Shown here: positions 35,785 to 49,500 of the stretch, piece after piece
How positions within the stretch are numbered: the first letter of the stretch is position 1
How the letters are laid out: every line of letters starts with the position of its first letter
Assembly: GCA_043228905.1 (NCBI GenBank)
Contig: JBHGNT010000013.1
Span: forward strand, 11,594,001-11,658,000
Direction of reading: 5' to 3'
Source: Azolla caroliniana
Lineage: Eukaryota; Plantae; Polypodiophyta
Length of the DNA stretch: 64,000 nucleotides
Notes under the pieces: model-generated
Told to the model about the DNA's origin: nothing
The model's input: the letters and a program-made list of their open reading frames with translations, nothing else
Database searches by the model: none
Program-made: the position numbers and the translations under genes

Positions 35785-38700
35785 TATGAAAAGATTGCAC
35801 TCTTGCAATATAAAGTGAGGAAATTGTGTCTTAAGAGTATGCTCGTGTTCCCATGTGGCATCAACAATAGGTTTATCCATCCATTTGATCTTGAATAGCT
35901 GAATCTCTTTAGAACGTAAACGCTTAGTACGAGAATCAAGAATTCGTTTAGGAACATGAGGTTTGTAAGAAAAATCCTCTAATGTTACAAGATCTTAGAT
36001 TGTGATGGTGTTATCACCAAAGCCTAAAAATGGTTTTAGACGACTAACGTGAAAAACAGGATGAATACCAACGTTACGGGGTAAGGCAGGGTGATAAGCA
36101 GATAACCCAACCTGCTTAAGGATTTCAAATGGGCCACAATATCGTGGGGCTAACTTAACGCACTTGCCCGTAAACAATGACGTAGAGTCAGTAGGGACAC
36201 GCAAAAAAACTTTTTGACCAATAGTAAATGCACGAGGACATCTATCCTGATCAACATAAAATCGAGCAAGATCTTGAGTTGTCTTGACATTCTCTTTGGC
36301 AATATGCAACATTTGGTTCATGTCTTGCAAAAAATTGCGTGTACTGTCTAATGTATCATGATGAATCGTGACATCAACTAGGGCACGTGGTTGAAAACCA
36401 TACATCAACATAAAAGGACTATATCTAGTGGATGTATGTTTAGAGCTATTATAGGCAAATTCTAAGATAGTCCAAGGTATTGCCCCCACTTAGAAGGGGT
36501 TTTTGCTACATAAGCTCGAAGCATGTCCTCAATAATTTGATTAACTCGTTCAGTTTATCCATTAGACTGAGGATGATCTACGGAACTCATGCTCAACGTA
36601 GTTTCTAGTTTCTTAAAGACTTGAGTCCAAAAGTCACTAGCAAACTTGGAATCTCGATCACTAACAATATCCATTGGTAATCCATAAAAACGAAAAAACT
36701 CATCAACAAATTGATAAGCCAACTGTTGAGCGGTTACCATGGTTTTGGTAGGAATAAATCTAGCCAATTTGTTAGTTTGTCAACGACAACCCAAATGGCA
36801 TCATGACCCTTCTGTGTATGAGGTAAACTAACAATAAAATCCATCGAGATACTTTCCCATTTGTTGTTGGGAATATCTAAGGGATGTAAAAGACCTGCAA
36901 CTTTAAGTTGTTCCGACTTATTAATCTGACATTGTAAGCATTGAGTTACGTATTTATGCATGTCAGAGCGCATCTTAGGCCAGAAAAAAGTACTCGAGAT
37001 GAGAACGAGTGTGCGTTGTATTCCAGGATGACCAGCAGATGGTGCATCATGACATTCATGAAGAATTTTCTGTTTTACGTTTGGTAAATCTGGAACACGG
37101 ACCTTTCCATTACGGTAGAGCAAACCATTTGTAATGTGAAAGGTAGCCTTCGAGGGTAGGGTGCTAGTATCGGCATCTAAACCAGATTCGGCTTTCGTCT
37201 AGTATTTCGAAAAATAACTGTCATCAAGGTATTTCCCTCGCAGGTGATCTAAAAGATCAGATTTTATTTCCGTGAAGCTAAGCATGTTAACTTCTTTAAT
37301 GCGACTAAGAGCATCCACAACAGTGTTCATAGAACCCTTGCGATACCGTATGGAAAAATCAAAATCTTGCATAAGGTCAGCCTAACGGCCTTTACGACCA
37401 ACAAGATCTGGCTGGTCACAAAAATAGTTCAATGATTGATGGTCTGTTGTAACCACACATTTATTTCCATAGAGATAGTGCCTCCATGTTTTAAGTGCAT
37501 GTACTACCGCAAACAACTCTTTCTCTTGAATTGAATACCGAGATTGAGTATCATCAAGCTTCTTACTTTCAAAAGCAATAGGGTGACCGCCTTGATAAAG
37601 AACGGAACCAATAGCATAATCACTGGCATCAGTTTCGATTGAGAAAGGCTTAGAAGGGTCCAATAATAGAAGAGTGGGAGCTAGACACACATGCTCTTTG
37701 AGTGTCTCAAATGATTTGTCAAGTTGTTCATTCCATGCAATTGGTTTGACAGACTTACGTGGATGACTTTTTAAAAGGTCAGTTAATGGCGTAGTCAATT
37801 TGGAATAGTTACGAATTGATTTTCATAAAAATCCAACAAACCTAAGAATGATCGCAGTTCACGAATATTATGAGGAATGGGCCAAAGTTTAACCTTTTCA
37901 ATACGAGAACCTGTTCAATTTCAACACCATTTTCCATAATTAAATGACCTAGGTACACAATAGATTTTTGGAAAAAATCACATTTTGAATGTTTTGCATA
38001 GAAAGAGTTGTCACGCAACTTTTGCAAAACAAATCGAACACGTTGAGCATGATCTCGCAAGGTACGGCTATATATCAAAATATCATCCAAGAAGACGACA
38101 ACAAAATCACCGAGTTGATCTCGGAAAACGTCATTCATCGCTTGTTGGAATGTGGCTGGAGCATTAGTCAACCCGAAAGGCATGACTAAAAACTCATAAT
38201 GGGAATAACAGGTACGAAAAGCAGTTTTAGGAATATCATCCTCGGCAATGCGAATCTGATGATAACCAGTTTGTAAGTCAATTTTCGTAAAATATCGGGC
38301 CCCATGCAAACGATCAATCCAATCATCAGCACGAGGTAACAGATATGCATTTTCAATTGTCATTTTATTCAAACGGCGATAATTGATACACATTCACCAT
38401 GAACCTTCCTTCTTCTAAACTAATAGAACTGGCGCACCCCAAGGTGATTTACTATACCTAATGTGGCCCATACTCAAGTATTCCTTAAGTTGTTTAGCGA
38501 TCTCATCCTCTTCTAATCGACTAAGTCGGTAAGGTGGAATGCTCACAAGAGCAGCACCAGGAATGAGTTCAATTTGATGGTCCACATTATGTTTTGGTGG
38601 TAAAGTAAGTGGCAATTTGTTAGGAAACACGTCTTGAAAATAATCTAAAATAGAGTCGAGTAATCGTTGTTCATAATGTGGTAATTGTGTGGCGTCAATA

Positions 38701-41700
38701 TTAGAATAATAAAATTGAAGCGCATGATCAATTACACACGAATAAATTAATGAACTTGAATACTCACTTAAAGATTTAGAAGACACAAGTGAACGAGAAG
38801 GAAGTTTGGAACATTGAATAAAATGTTTACAATTATTAAGTTCAAATGTGATTGAGTGATTAACCCAATCAATGGAGAAAGAAGGGTTTTTATTAAAAAA
38901 CCAAGGGTATCCTAAAATTACATCTGCGGATTGTAGTTTCATAACATGAAAGTCAAGCTTCTCCAAATAGGTATCTATTTGAATTGGCAGTTGACAAACA
39001 ATGTCATTGATGTATTGAACACTTCCATTTGCCATGTGAACTTGATAGATATGATCATTTGCATTTATGTGGAGTTCCATTTGCTGCACAAAGTGATCAT
39101 TAAGAAAATTGTGAGAACTATTGGAATCAAACAAGAAATGTGTTTGTGTTCCATTGATATACCTGACTGCTCGGAGTCAATCATTAGGTCCAAGTAAATG
39201 TGACGGAAAAGTGCATTCACATGAACTTAAGTGGTTGGTATGAACTTCAAGAACATCAAAAGACTCACTTGTGTGACTCGTACATTTGTCTTGAGGAGGG
39301 GTGTTCATTAACTTCCTCTCAAGACGACGATAGGTATCCTTTGTGTGGCTCTGCTTCTTGCAATATGCACAGAAGAGGTTAGGTTTCTTGGAGTCGCGGT
39401 CAAGTGTGTCATTGGATTGCTTACATTTCCCAATGAACTTGACATTCGGAGTTTTGGCGAACTCAGGTTTATTGTGGTCTTTCTTGGAAGTCCTATGGTA
39501 CCGAAGTACAATGTTGACAGCTTCCTCAAAAGTTGTGGGGTCCTTGTCATGGACTATCCAATGGCAATCCCCATTAGGAATACCATTCAAAAAGCAAGCA
39601 ACAAACCATTTCTCCCCCGTAAGTCCCGATTTTTGGATCTGGGTCCGAGCATGTTGCACATAATCCTCGAGAGAGGTAAATGGCTTACTCGACAACGTGA
39701 GCAAGTGTTGCGCTTGTTCAGTTTGAGAAGGTGGCTGCAAAAACTGTTTCTTAAAAACATCAACGAAACCTTCCCAAGTTGTGGGTAAGTTCTTTGTGCG
39801 GCGCCACCAAGCAACATCTCGGCCATCTAACTCACGACCGACGTAACCAATTTTTAAAGCATCAGGCTTGGGGTGGAGCTCAAAGTGAGACTCCCAACGA
39901 CCAAGCCAAGTGGTAATGGCTTCCTCGGTTCTTTCTTTCTTATCTCCCTTGAATGACGTTACTACGAAAGAAGGCTCACCTTCTTTCTTGGACTCAATAG
40001 TCAATTCTTGGAATTTCTTTTCCAATGCCATATTGGCCTGCCTCATTTCGGCTAATTGATTCAAGGTAGTAATGAGCAATTGTTCAATAGTGATCTCCGC
40101 TTGTGTGCGAGCTGCGGATTGGAGTTGAGAGGTCTCGGTCGGAGAGATTGCTCCAACAATGTTCAAAACTTATTCCATGATGCAAGTTGTGGGTATGCAA
40201 TATAAATAAGGAGGTTCAGAAAATACACAAGCAAAATGAATGCTTGAAATTTTGATTGTAAGAACTTTACGGAGAAAGCATCTCACGTCTTTACCTCTCT
40301 AGACATATGAGATGTGATTCGAGATCCGATAACTATGGTAACACTATGGTGTTTTAAAAACCATGGGGGAAAACATAACTAAGAAGTCTTTCTCAAATCT
40401 CTATCTTGAATAATCATGGCGGCTCCCCGAGGCTCAACCATGGTTCTAACATCAACATAGTTTCCTAGTTAGCCTTATATTAGAATGCCAACCCAACATG
40501 TATTGATATGGTTGAGAAAGTGTATTGCGTGAAAAAACAAGTGCACTCGCAAGTAATATTCCAGTCTTGCGAGTAACAAGCAAATGTTATGACAAAAACG
40601 ATAAAATAAGTCATTACCCATAAGAATCAAGCAGTGACGAAAACAAGGGTCAAAAAACCCATGTGTTACCTACTAAAAAAAAAAATGTCACAAATAAATG
40701 GATGGTGCGAGGTATGCACATATACATCCCAATATGGTGGTTGTAATTTGCACAATTGTGACATAAGCCACAAATTGATACAAGTGGCGGTGGTGTTGTG
40801 CGCAAAGATGTAGAACTCAAATCTATGAGTAAAACATCAATAGGGGAACTCATGTGGTTTTACTCGATATTTAAGGCTTGATAATATGAGTTAAACCTAG
40901 ATGAGTCGTTGGAAAAAATCGTTCAAAAAACGGCATGATGCCCACTCAATATTAAAAAATAGTCTACATGAATCATTACACCATTAAACGTAAGTAAATA
41001 GGGTAGATGAACTTAAAATAAGGGCAAGAAAGAGAGTTAATTGTGGGTGGGAAATGACAATTACTAGAAAATCATACAAAAGTGAAACGAAAATTTGTGT
41101 AATTACAAATTAATTAGAATAATAATCAATTAGGTGTATGAATCATTAAGCATGCCTTAAGGTATGAAACCCTAAGGTAGTCGACATGCACCTCCTCAAG
41201 ACCACCACATCTCCCTAGAATCGGCCAATTGATGGCTCAATAAAGAGTAAAGTGGCATAGGTAAGCGACATATACCTTGTTAAGGCCACAAACTCCCATA
41301 GAATCGGCCAAGTGATGGCTCAATAGAGAGTAGAGTGGCATAGGTAGGCGACATACACCTCGTCAAGATCACAACATCCCATAGAATCAACCAAGTGATG
41401 GCTCAATAAAGGGAAGAGTGGCATACTCAACATCATATGCAAAAGGGCCATGAGGTGAGCGTGTGCGATTAGGGCAAACACACTCGACCCAATGCACAAA
41501 AATAATTAATATCGTAAGAGAAGACTCAAGAGAGGGGAGAGTGGAAGATACATCGCAATATGCAAAAGGGCCATGAGTTGAGCGTGTGCGATTAGTGCAA
41601 ACACGCTCAACCCGATGCATAAGTAGATTAACATCATATGATGGTAGAAAGAAGAAAGAAAAGAAAAGAAAACGTAATACCACTTCCATATGACCAAGAA

Positions 41701-42170
41701 GAAAGCATCATAGAAAAGAAAAGAGAGATTGAGAAAGAAGAATACCGGGTTAAGAATGTTGTTTTGATCCTATGAAGAGCACGACGAGCCTTGTTAGATC
41801 CCCATCGCTCACACGCAAAAAACATAAAAAAAACAAAAAGAAATTGTTAGTAAATGCTCTGATACCACTGTTAAGAGTCTATTACTAATCAATGGACCAA
41901 AGTAAAGTAAAAGAAGGAAAATAGATTGGATAGAAGAACCCGTTCTACCCGACCACCCCCGAGCTATGATCTAGACATAGCCAACCTACCACCGATGTCT
42001 CATACCGCCGGATATTAGGATGACTAATACCTTGGAAGAGATAAACACGATCGTCGAGACGAAAGCCTAGCCTGCACCACCTGTGTCTAAGACAACATCC
42101 TTTCGACGTAATGTGATTATGAGGGTAGCTAAGCCTCATATTTATACCTTTTCCTAGGCCCCTTGAATAG
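35785..42170 (-). mobile_element. Element H: degenerate chromovirus (Ty3/Gypsy with chromodomain), partial 5' LTR 41869-~42170, no 3' LTR
   Basis: PBS TGGTATCAGAGC 41856-41867; gag 40166-39177 with CAYCKKQSH; PR near 39134; RT FTKIDL...FLDDILIYS; RH ETDASD; INT WESISMDF, CGPF; chromodomain read-through ILDSRTK...FKIKWMDKPIVDATWE (35990-35785). Confidence 0.88.
41173..41425. repeat. Three imperfect 83-bp tandem repeats in the 5' leader of element H
   Basis: gaatcggccaa..gatggctcaata..gagt..agtggcata recurs at 41218, 41301 and 41384. Confidence 0.8.
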
Positions 42171-44864
42171 ATGTTGCGTGACAAACAGTTTTATGCGAAG
42201 ATCTCAAAATGTGAGTTCTTCAAGAAATCAATTACTTATCTAGGACATCTCATAACCGAACGAGGAGTTGAAATTGATCCTTCTCGCATTGAGAAAATCA
42301 AGCTTTGGCCCACTCTTCAGAATATTCGAGAAGTTCGATCATTCCTTGGTTTTGTCGGGTTTTTGCGAAAGTCTCTTCGTAATTACTCCCAATTGACGAC
42401 GCCGTTTACTGAACTTTTAAAAGGTCAAACGCGTAAGTCTACAAAACCTATTGTGTGGAATGTTACACTAGACCTCACCTTTAAGGAACTCAAGGACCTT
42501 GTTTGCAAGGCTCCTTCACTTCTTTTACCTGATCCTTCAAAACCTTTTGAGGTTGAAACCGATGCAAGTGATTATGCTATAGGTGCTGTCTTGTATCAAG
42601 ATGGTAAACCAATAGCATTCGAGAGTAAGAAACTTGATTCTGCTCAATGTCGGTATACCGTTCAAGAAAAGGAATTATTTGCAGTTATACATGCGCTCAA
42701 AACATGGCGCCATTATCTTTATGGAAATCGCTTTGTGGTAACTACGGACCACGAGTCCTTGAAATATTTTTGTGACCAACAAGACCTGAAAGGTCGTAAG
42801 GCACGATGGGCTGATCTCATCTAGGACTTTGATTTTTCCATACGATATCGTAAAGGTTCCATGAACACTGTCGCTGATGCACTAAGTCGCATCCGTGAAG
42901 TTAACACGCTTAGTTTCACTGAAATATCCTCAGATCTTTATGATCACCTTCGAGGAAAGTATCCTGATGACAATTATTTCGCAAAATACTGGGCAAGAGT
43001 TGAGTCTGGAACAAACACCATCACATCCTCGAAGGAATACTTACACATTGCTAACGGTTTGCTCTACCGTAATGGGAAGGTTTGTGTTCCAGATTTACCC
43101 GAGGTCAAAAAGAGGATTCTTTTTGAATGCCATGATGCACCCTCAGCAGGGCATCTTGGAATACATCGTACACTCGTTCTCATCTCCACTCAATTTTATT
43201 GGCCTAAGATGCATCTTGACATACATAGCTATGTGACTAAATGTCACCAGTGTCAGGTTAACAAAGCTGAGCGACTTAAAGCCGCAGGACTTTTACATCC
43301 CTTGGATATTCCCAATAATAAGTGGGAAAGTATATCCATGGATTTTATTGTTAGCTTTCCTCGCACCCAAAAAGGTCATGATGCCATCTAGGTTGTCGTT
43401 GATCGACTAACTAAAATGGCCAGATTTATTGCTACTAAAACCACGGTAATAGCTCCTGAATTGGCTTACCAATTCGTTGACGAATTGTTTCGTTTTTATG
43501 GGTTACCGATGGATATCGTGAGTGATCGAGATCCAAAGTTTACTAGTGACTTTTGGACGCAAGTCTTTAAGAAGTTAAAAACTACGTTGAGCATGAGCTC
43601 CACGGATCATCCTCAATCCGATGGATAGACAAAGCGAGTAAATCAAATTATTGAGGACATGCTTCGAGCATACGTTGGTGCAAAACCAACAAAATGGGAA
43701 CGTTATCTCCCAATTTTGGAGTTTGCTTATAACAGCTCCAAGCATACGTCGACGGGATATAGTCCTTTTATGTTGATGTATGGTTTTCAGCCATGAGCCC
43801 CGATTGATGTTAATATACATCATGATGAGTTGCGAAGTACGCAAAACTTTCTTCGGGATATACAAGATATGTTGCAAATTGCACGAGATAATATAAAAAC
43901 AGCTCAAGATAGAGTGCGTTTTTATGCCGACCATCATAGGCGACCTTGTGTATTCAACCTGGACAGAAGGTATTTTTACGTGTACCTCACAATTCTAAGA
44001 CATTGTCTACGGGTAAGTGCGCTAAGTTAGCCCCACGGTTTTGTGGACCTTTTACAGTCCTCAAACGCATTGGCCCGTCATCAGCCTATCGTCTCGCTCT
44101 CCCCGATGGTGTCGGAATTCATCCAGTCTTTCATGTGAGTCGTCTAAAAGAACTTCTAGGTTCTGGCGACAATACAGTTACAATTGAAACTCTGGTTACT
44201 TCTGAAGAATTATCTTCTAAACCACATGTACCAGAAAGAATTCTCGATGTTAAAACAAAAAAATTACGTACTAAAGAAATCCGAGAATTTAAAATAAAAT
44301 GGATGGATAAATCAATCAAAGATGCCACATGGGAACGCGAAAATACTCTTAGAACTAACTTCCCTAACTTTCCATTACAAGAGTGCAAGGTTTTAAAGAG
44401 GGGGAGTATGTTACGAGCATGACCATATAATATCCCGTGGTGAGAATTTACCGTAGTATTCTTTACACGTGGATAAGTGTGAGGGTTAAACGAGAGTGTA
44501 AAGAAAGGGAGGATTACTATTAATCCTTGGGATTGAGACAACCCATTAGGTCAAGTGTGAACTTGCTTGGGGGGCCTTGGGTATCGCTATAAATAAGAGG
44601 CCTAGCTACCCTCATTTCATCATCTTTTGACTACATCGAGACTCTGCTCTTGTGGTGGGTCAACTCTTGTAGCGAGCGCGCCAGCACCAGGTACGATTCG
44701 ACGCCACAGCGGTGGTATGGGATGCCGATCGAGGCTCGAGTCCGTCTCGATCCCTTCGCTCGGGGGTGGTCGGGTGGATCGGCACCCTTCTTTCTCTTTC
44801 TCCTTTCTATCTATCATTACTTTATCCTTATCTTAAGCTTACTTTAGTACCTAGATCTCTAATA
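42171..44864 (+). mobile_element. Element I: 5'-truncated chromovirus (late RT-RH-INT-chromodomain, PPT, 3' LTR 44409-44864), sister family of H
   Basis: ETDASDYAIG, WESISMDF, FCGPF, chromodomain PERILD...KIKWMDKSIKDATWE; PPT AAGAGGGGGAGTA ending at 44408. LTR TATAAATA at 44588 and gctcgggggtggtcgggt shared with the H LTR. Confidence 0.88.
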
Positions 44865-46516
44865 GATGTGCCTTTCTAAAAGGCTCTCCATTCATTGGTT
44901 GTCCAAATCATGATAGTGCAGGCACTTATCATTCCTTCTATCCAATCATTAGTCCCCTTTTTAACATTAGTGAACATACCCTTCACTAATGTAAATATTG
45001 GTGACCTACCTCACCAATGTTATGTGCACATAACAGATAGCCTATATCAAGTTGATGAATCCTGAGGATCGACACATGGCTAGGAAGCATAATGTCATGG
45101 TGGACATGGTATAAAGTTTGTCATTTTCTCCCACAATGAAGACAGATATTCACGAAGCTAAAAGCTCGATAGTGGTGCCTGAGAATATATGAGGATGTAA
45201 CCAGTTTGTGGAAAAGTGAGAGAGTTACCAATAACACTCGAATGAGCAACATAACGATGTCTAGCATCTAACCTACCCACTAGAAATGCAATATATATTG
45301 AATGGTAGACATAGTAATGCATATGGGAGTGGGGCATATGAAATACTTAGTTCTGGAAAGGGAGGACCTTGTGAACTAGGTGGAAGGAAGGGTCCTAAAG
45401 CACAATTGTAGTCTGTAGAATACTTAGCATACAAAATACGTGTAGAGTACGTATGCCAAGTATTCTAAATTTAAAAGAAAAAAAAACTTAGAATACACAT
45501 TTAAAAGATACAATTCATTAAATGCTTAGAACAAATACGTTTAAAACCATAGATATGCTTAATGAAAACCAAAGATATGCTTGCAACCTTTCCTCAACAT
45601 CATCGACAAAGCTATTTTCCCTAGTTTAGGTTCTCAATGATCCTACTCAACTTTCACATGCATGGCACCCATGCCATTGTATGTTTGTCTCTATCTTCTT
45701 TACTTGAGAGAGGTTGGTGTGGTTAAGAATCATTAATCTCTTATTATATCCCTCATCATTAATTTGATCTACATTATCAATGACAAGCTAAACTGGCTAA
45801 AATAATGTAGATTGTCAAATGTTTCTCTTTATTGATTTGTCTAGCATAAACAATATAAAAATGATAACAAATTATTGGAACCGATGGTACCATCATGAAC
45901 CTCACCATTTACTCATGTTTGGTACTAAGAGCACTAGATGTTGTCATCTCAAATTCTCACGTATCTAGTAGGCTATTTGTCTATCCTTAACAGCTATTTC
46001 CATTTTACGAAAGCCACTAGAAAACTAATTTGAAAAGATTAACATAGATCCATATAGTTGAAAGAAATATAAATCTATGTTTAATGAAAACAACATACTT
46101 TTTCTCAATTATTGGAAAGAAATATATTTTTCAAATTATGTTGTGAACAATGATTTCATTCTAGTCGCTACATGCCATATTCTAGGCATTGACATACTTT
46201 CTCGTCTTAAAAACCTGGCTCGACTTAGAATGGGCGAGTCACAAAGGAAAAAGTTACACAAAACTCATTATTTGATTGATTGCATCCAGCTATTTTTCTG
46301 CATGCATGAATATTCACAAACTTCATTTATGATAATTCCTGCAAGTTTCTTAGAAGCTTCGTTTTGTGGTTAAGAGAAACAAAATAAAATCCTCTTCAAA
46401 TCACTCCTTAATGTGGGCAATGTTTGAAATTCGAGGACTTCAAAATGTGACCACCCATATAGTAGTACATACAATTAATGATATATACATATACATATAT
46501 TTTATACATAATGTGA

Positions 46517-49500
46517 TCAATAGTAGTTCCCCACTTTCCGATAGTGTGCCGCAGTTACACTATCAGGCTTGGAGACTTTTCCAGACACTGCCTCTCCGTA
46601 GCAAACCCAGTGATCGCTAGTCTCCATTCGGCTTTTCACCATGCATTGAATGTATGCAACCGCATCCATCAATATCGGGCACCCATTATCTGCCTCTGTG
46701 TACTCCACTCCCTCAAAACGATCATCTGTGTTCAACCCCAACACTCCATTATCATTACAACACCAAGAAAAGTAAGGACATTATTTCATTCAAGTTCCTT
46801 AGAACCACATCCATCCATCAGCATGGTGCACGTGCATACTTGGAAGCAAGATTAACAAAGAAAGAGAACAATGTGCAACTATGTTTTTTTTTATCTAGTC
46901 ATCCAAGTATTTTCCTTTCTCTATGCAAGATATAAATGAAATGTGATATTATATTAGCATCTCCAAAAGGACTGTGAACTAGAGACCAAATGTTGCATCT
47001 GTGTAAATCTTATAAAATGTCAAGGGGGTTGATGGAATGAAATGTAATGTCTCTTGAAGGCCAAAATTACCATAGATACAACCATCACCTGATATATGAT
47101 ATAAATGCTTGATATAAACTAAAGCCAAAGGAAATTAGTAATCCTAGGGCAAGGGAAAAGTAGTATAATCGTCACAATGAGTATGGTGAGTGCAGGATAG
47201 AGGTAAAAGGGACCTTAGAGTTCAAGCGTGTAGAATTGGGGAATGAAGATATATCACTGTTCTCATCTCATGAATACTTCTCATAGGTTTCTTTCACTGC
47301 ATGAAATGGTTTCTCAACAAGCCCACATATTAACATAAATGCGGACTAGATGTTATAGAATGATGCATTCTGACTCATGTCACCAGGTTCATGAAGATAT
47401 ACTGACATCCATATAGCCCCAAAGAGTGAAAGGAACACACTGAGCAAGGAATGAGTCTTAAAAACCAAAACAGGGAGGTTTTCAAAGCCTACATACCAAA
47501 AACTTTCATGTAAACAATTACATAGCATAGTCACTCACCTCCAGCGGCAAATCTCTTCAAGAAGTGTTTCATCACGGGCTGATACTTTCCTTCCTCCAAG
47601 CAATTAAGAACAAACAAGTCACCGACCTGCAAAAATATATAATTTTTGGGGTAGGCACAAGAGACTAGAGAAGCATAATGCTACAATCATATAATTTTGC
47701 TGCCATCTATACAAGCTTGATTCAGAGAGAAGCTTACTTACTTGCATCAGAGATTCAATTGCTCGGTCTTTTGCTACGGCAATTGTTATTCCAAGTGGTT
47801 TAAAACTGGCCTGTTGTACAAATAATGAAGTCATATTAACCATAGAATGATTTATCTGTGCCTTTGATTTTCTTTCAAAATAGATGCCCGTTTCCTATTT
47901 AAGCATTGTAGATTAAGAATTTAATCTAAAACCTCTATTAGGTTATAAGGTGGACAAAGTATATAGTAAAGTCTAGTTACACATCCCATTGCAAATAGAA
48001 AGAAATGGGTGAAAGTGGGAAGCAGGTCTTCTACTCCACCTATTGTCTTGTTCCTAGAAAACGAATTCGGTACTACAATACATTGATTCAAAGACCACAA
48101 CATTACATACCTGAGATACCCATGATGCAATCATAGCACCTCTTGAATCTCCTTTTTTCGCAGTCACAACATAAATTCCACCTGATACCCGTGCAAGCGC
48201 CTTGGCAACATTCATTGGAATGTTTGTCTTTATGGATTCAATTACCTTCTTTTGAGAGAATATCTGCCCTAGATCAGTGCCTGCCTCTTCATATTGCTGA
48301 TACCTGTGACCACTTGGCTAGCTTCATATTTTAATGACGATCAGACTTTATTTCATACAAATGGTATTTGCATGTGATGATGCTATATAATTCAGACAGC
48401 AATCTTTTGCAAAGAAAAACCTTGAAAACATTTCATAGTCTTTTAAATAAATAAAAAAGAAAGGGTGAAAGTTCCTTCTATGTTAAGATCCAAGAAGGAG
48501 AGAAAGTACGTTGCTTCTGACGGAGTTTCTTTCACACGTAATGGAGGCACTGGTGATGTAATGCCTAATTCAAGAAACCGTTGCATAATTGTATCGACTG
48601 GTTCATCATCTCCACCATAACTCTCCGCTACAATTATTGGCTACATAATCAAGAAAACCCCAAATTATTGAAACAGTTTCTTGTATACCAGATGAATATG
48701 ATCTAAAGAAAGGGAGGAGTTCAAACATACTTGTTTGGGTTTGACAGCTGCATACAGAGTGCTTATCAACGCATTTGTAGCACCTGAGCTGGGAGGGGTC
48801 ATGAGAAGAACTCCACTACATCTGCCGACACATTCTATAAGCTCTTGTGAATCTGCTGAATTCAGATCCAGCATATCAACTAGGATGTTTGTTTTTGTCA
48901 ATCCTCTTGCAAATGCCTACATAGAGAAACAACATCAATACAATACACAAATTGAAAATAATTTCAACAAAAAGGTTGGTATAGATCCTCACTTGTGAAA
49001 GTCTATCACTATAACCATAATCGGAAATATACAGTACTGCGACAGTGGCAAGCTGCTTTTCAAGAGCTTGTTTACTCCATGTTTCATACTTGTTCATCAG
49101 CTCAGGGATGTTATAGGTCAGAACGGGTCCATGGCCAGTAGCAATGACTCCAAACTCCATTCCACTCACTCTTTTAAGTGCATTCAGCACAGAGCGAGAG
49201 TTTGGGCGCATGAGACAATCATAATAAAACCGATAGTGTGGCTCAATCATGGAGAGATCCTCATCATAAACCTATATTAATCAGAGAAGAAAACTTTATC
49301 CAGAGCCTACACAGCCTATGTGGTATGCCATGAAGTAGAATGGAGCCAGTGTGCATCATATAATTTAAATTCCATTCCAAAAATCTTTACAGATTGAAAA
49401 TGTAAAGTGAAGATTTCAAATGGCTTTCTTTCTGTGCATATCTTCATAATATGTTTCTTACATAGACTGCATTCTATTTCATCATGTAAAAGAAATTAAA

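Noticed and set aside
44900-45450. Possible decayed Copia RT fragment
   Set aside because: Only a faint FSP.MK-like resemblance; not supportable.
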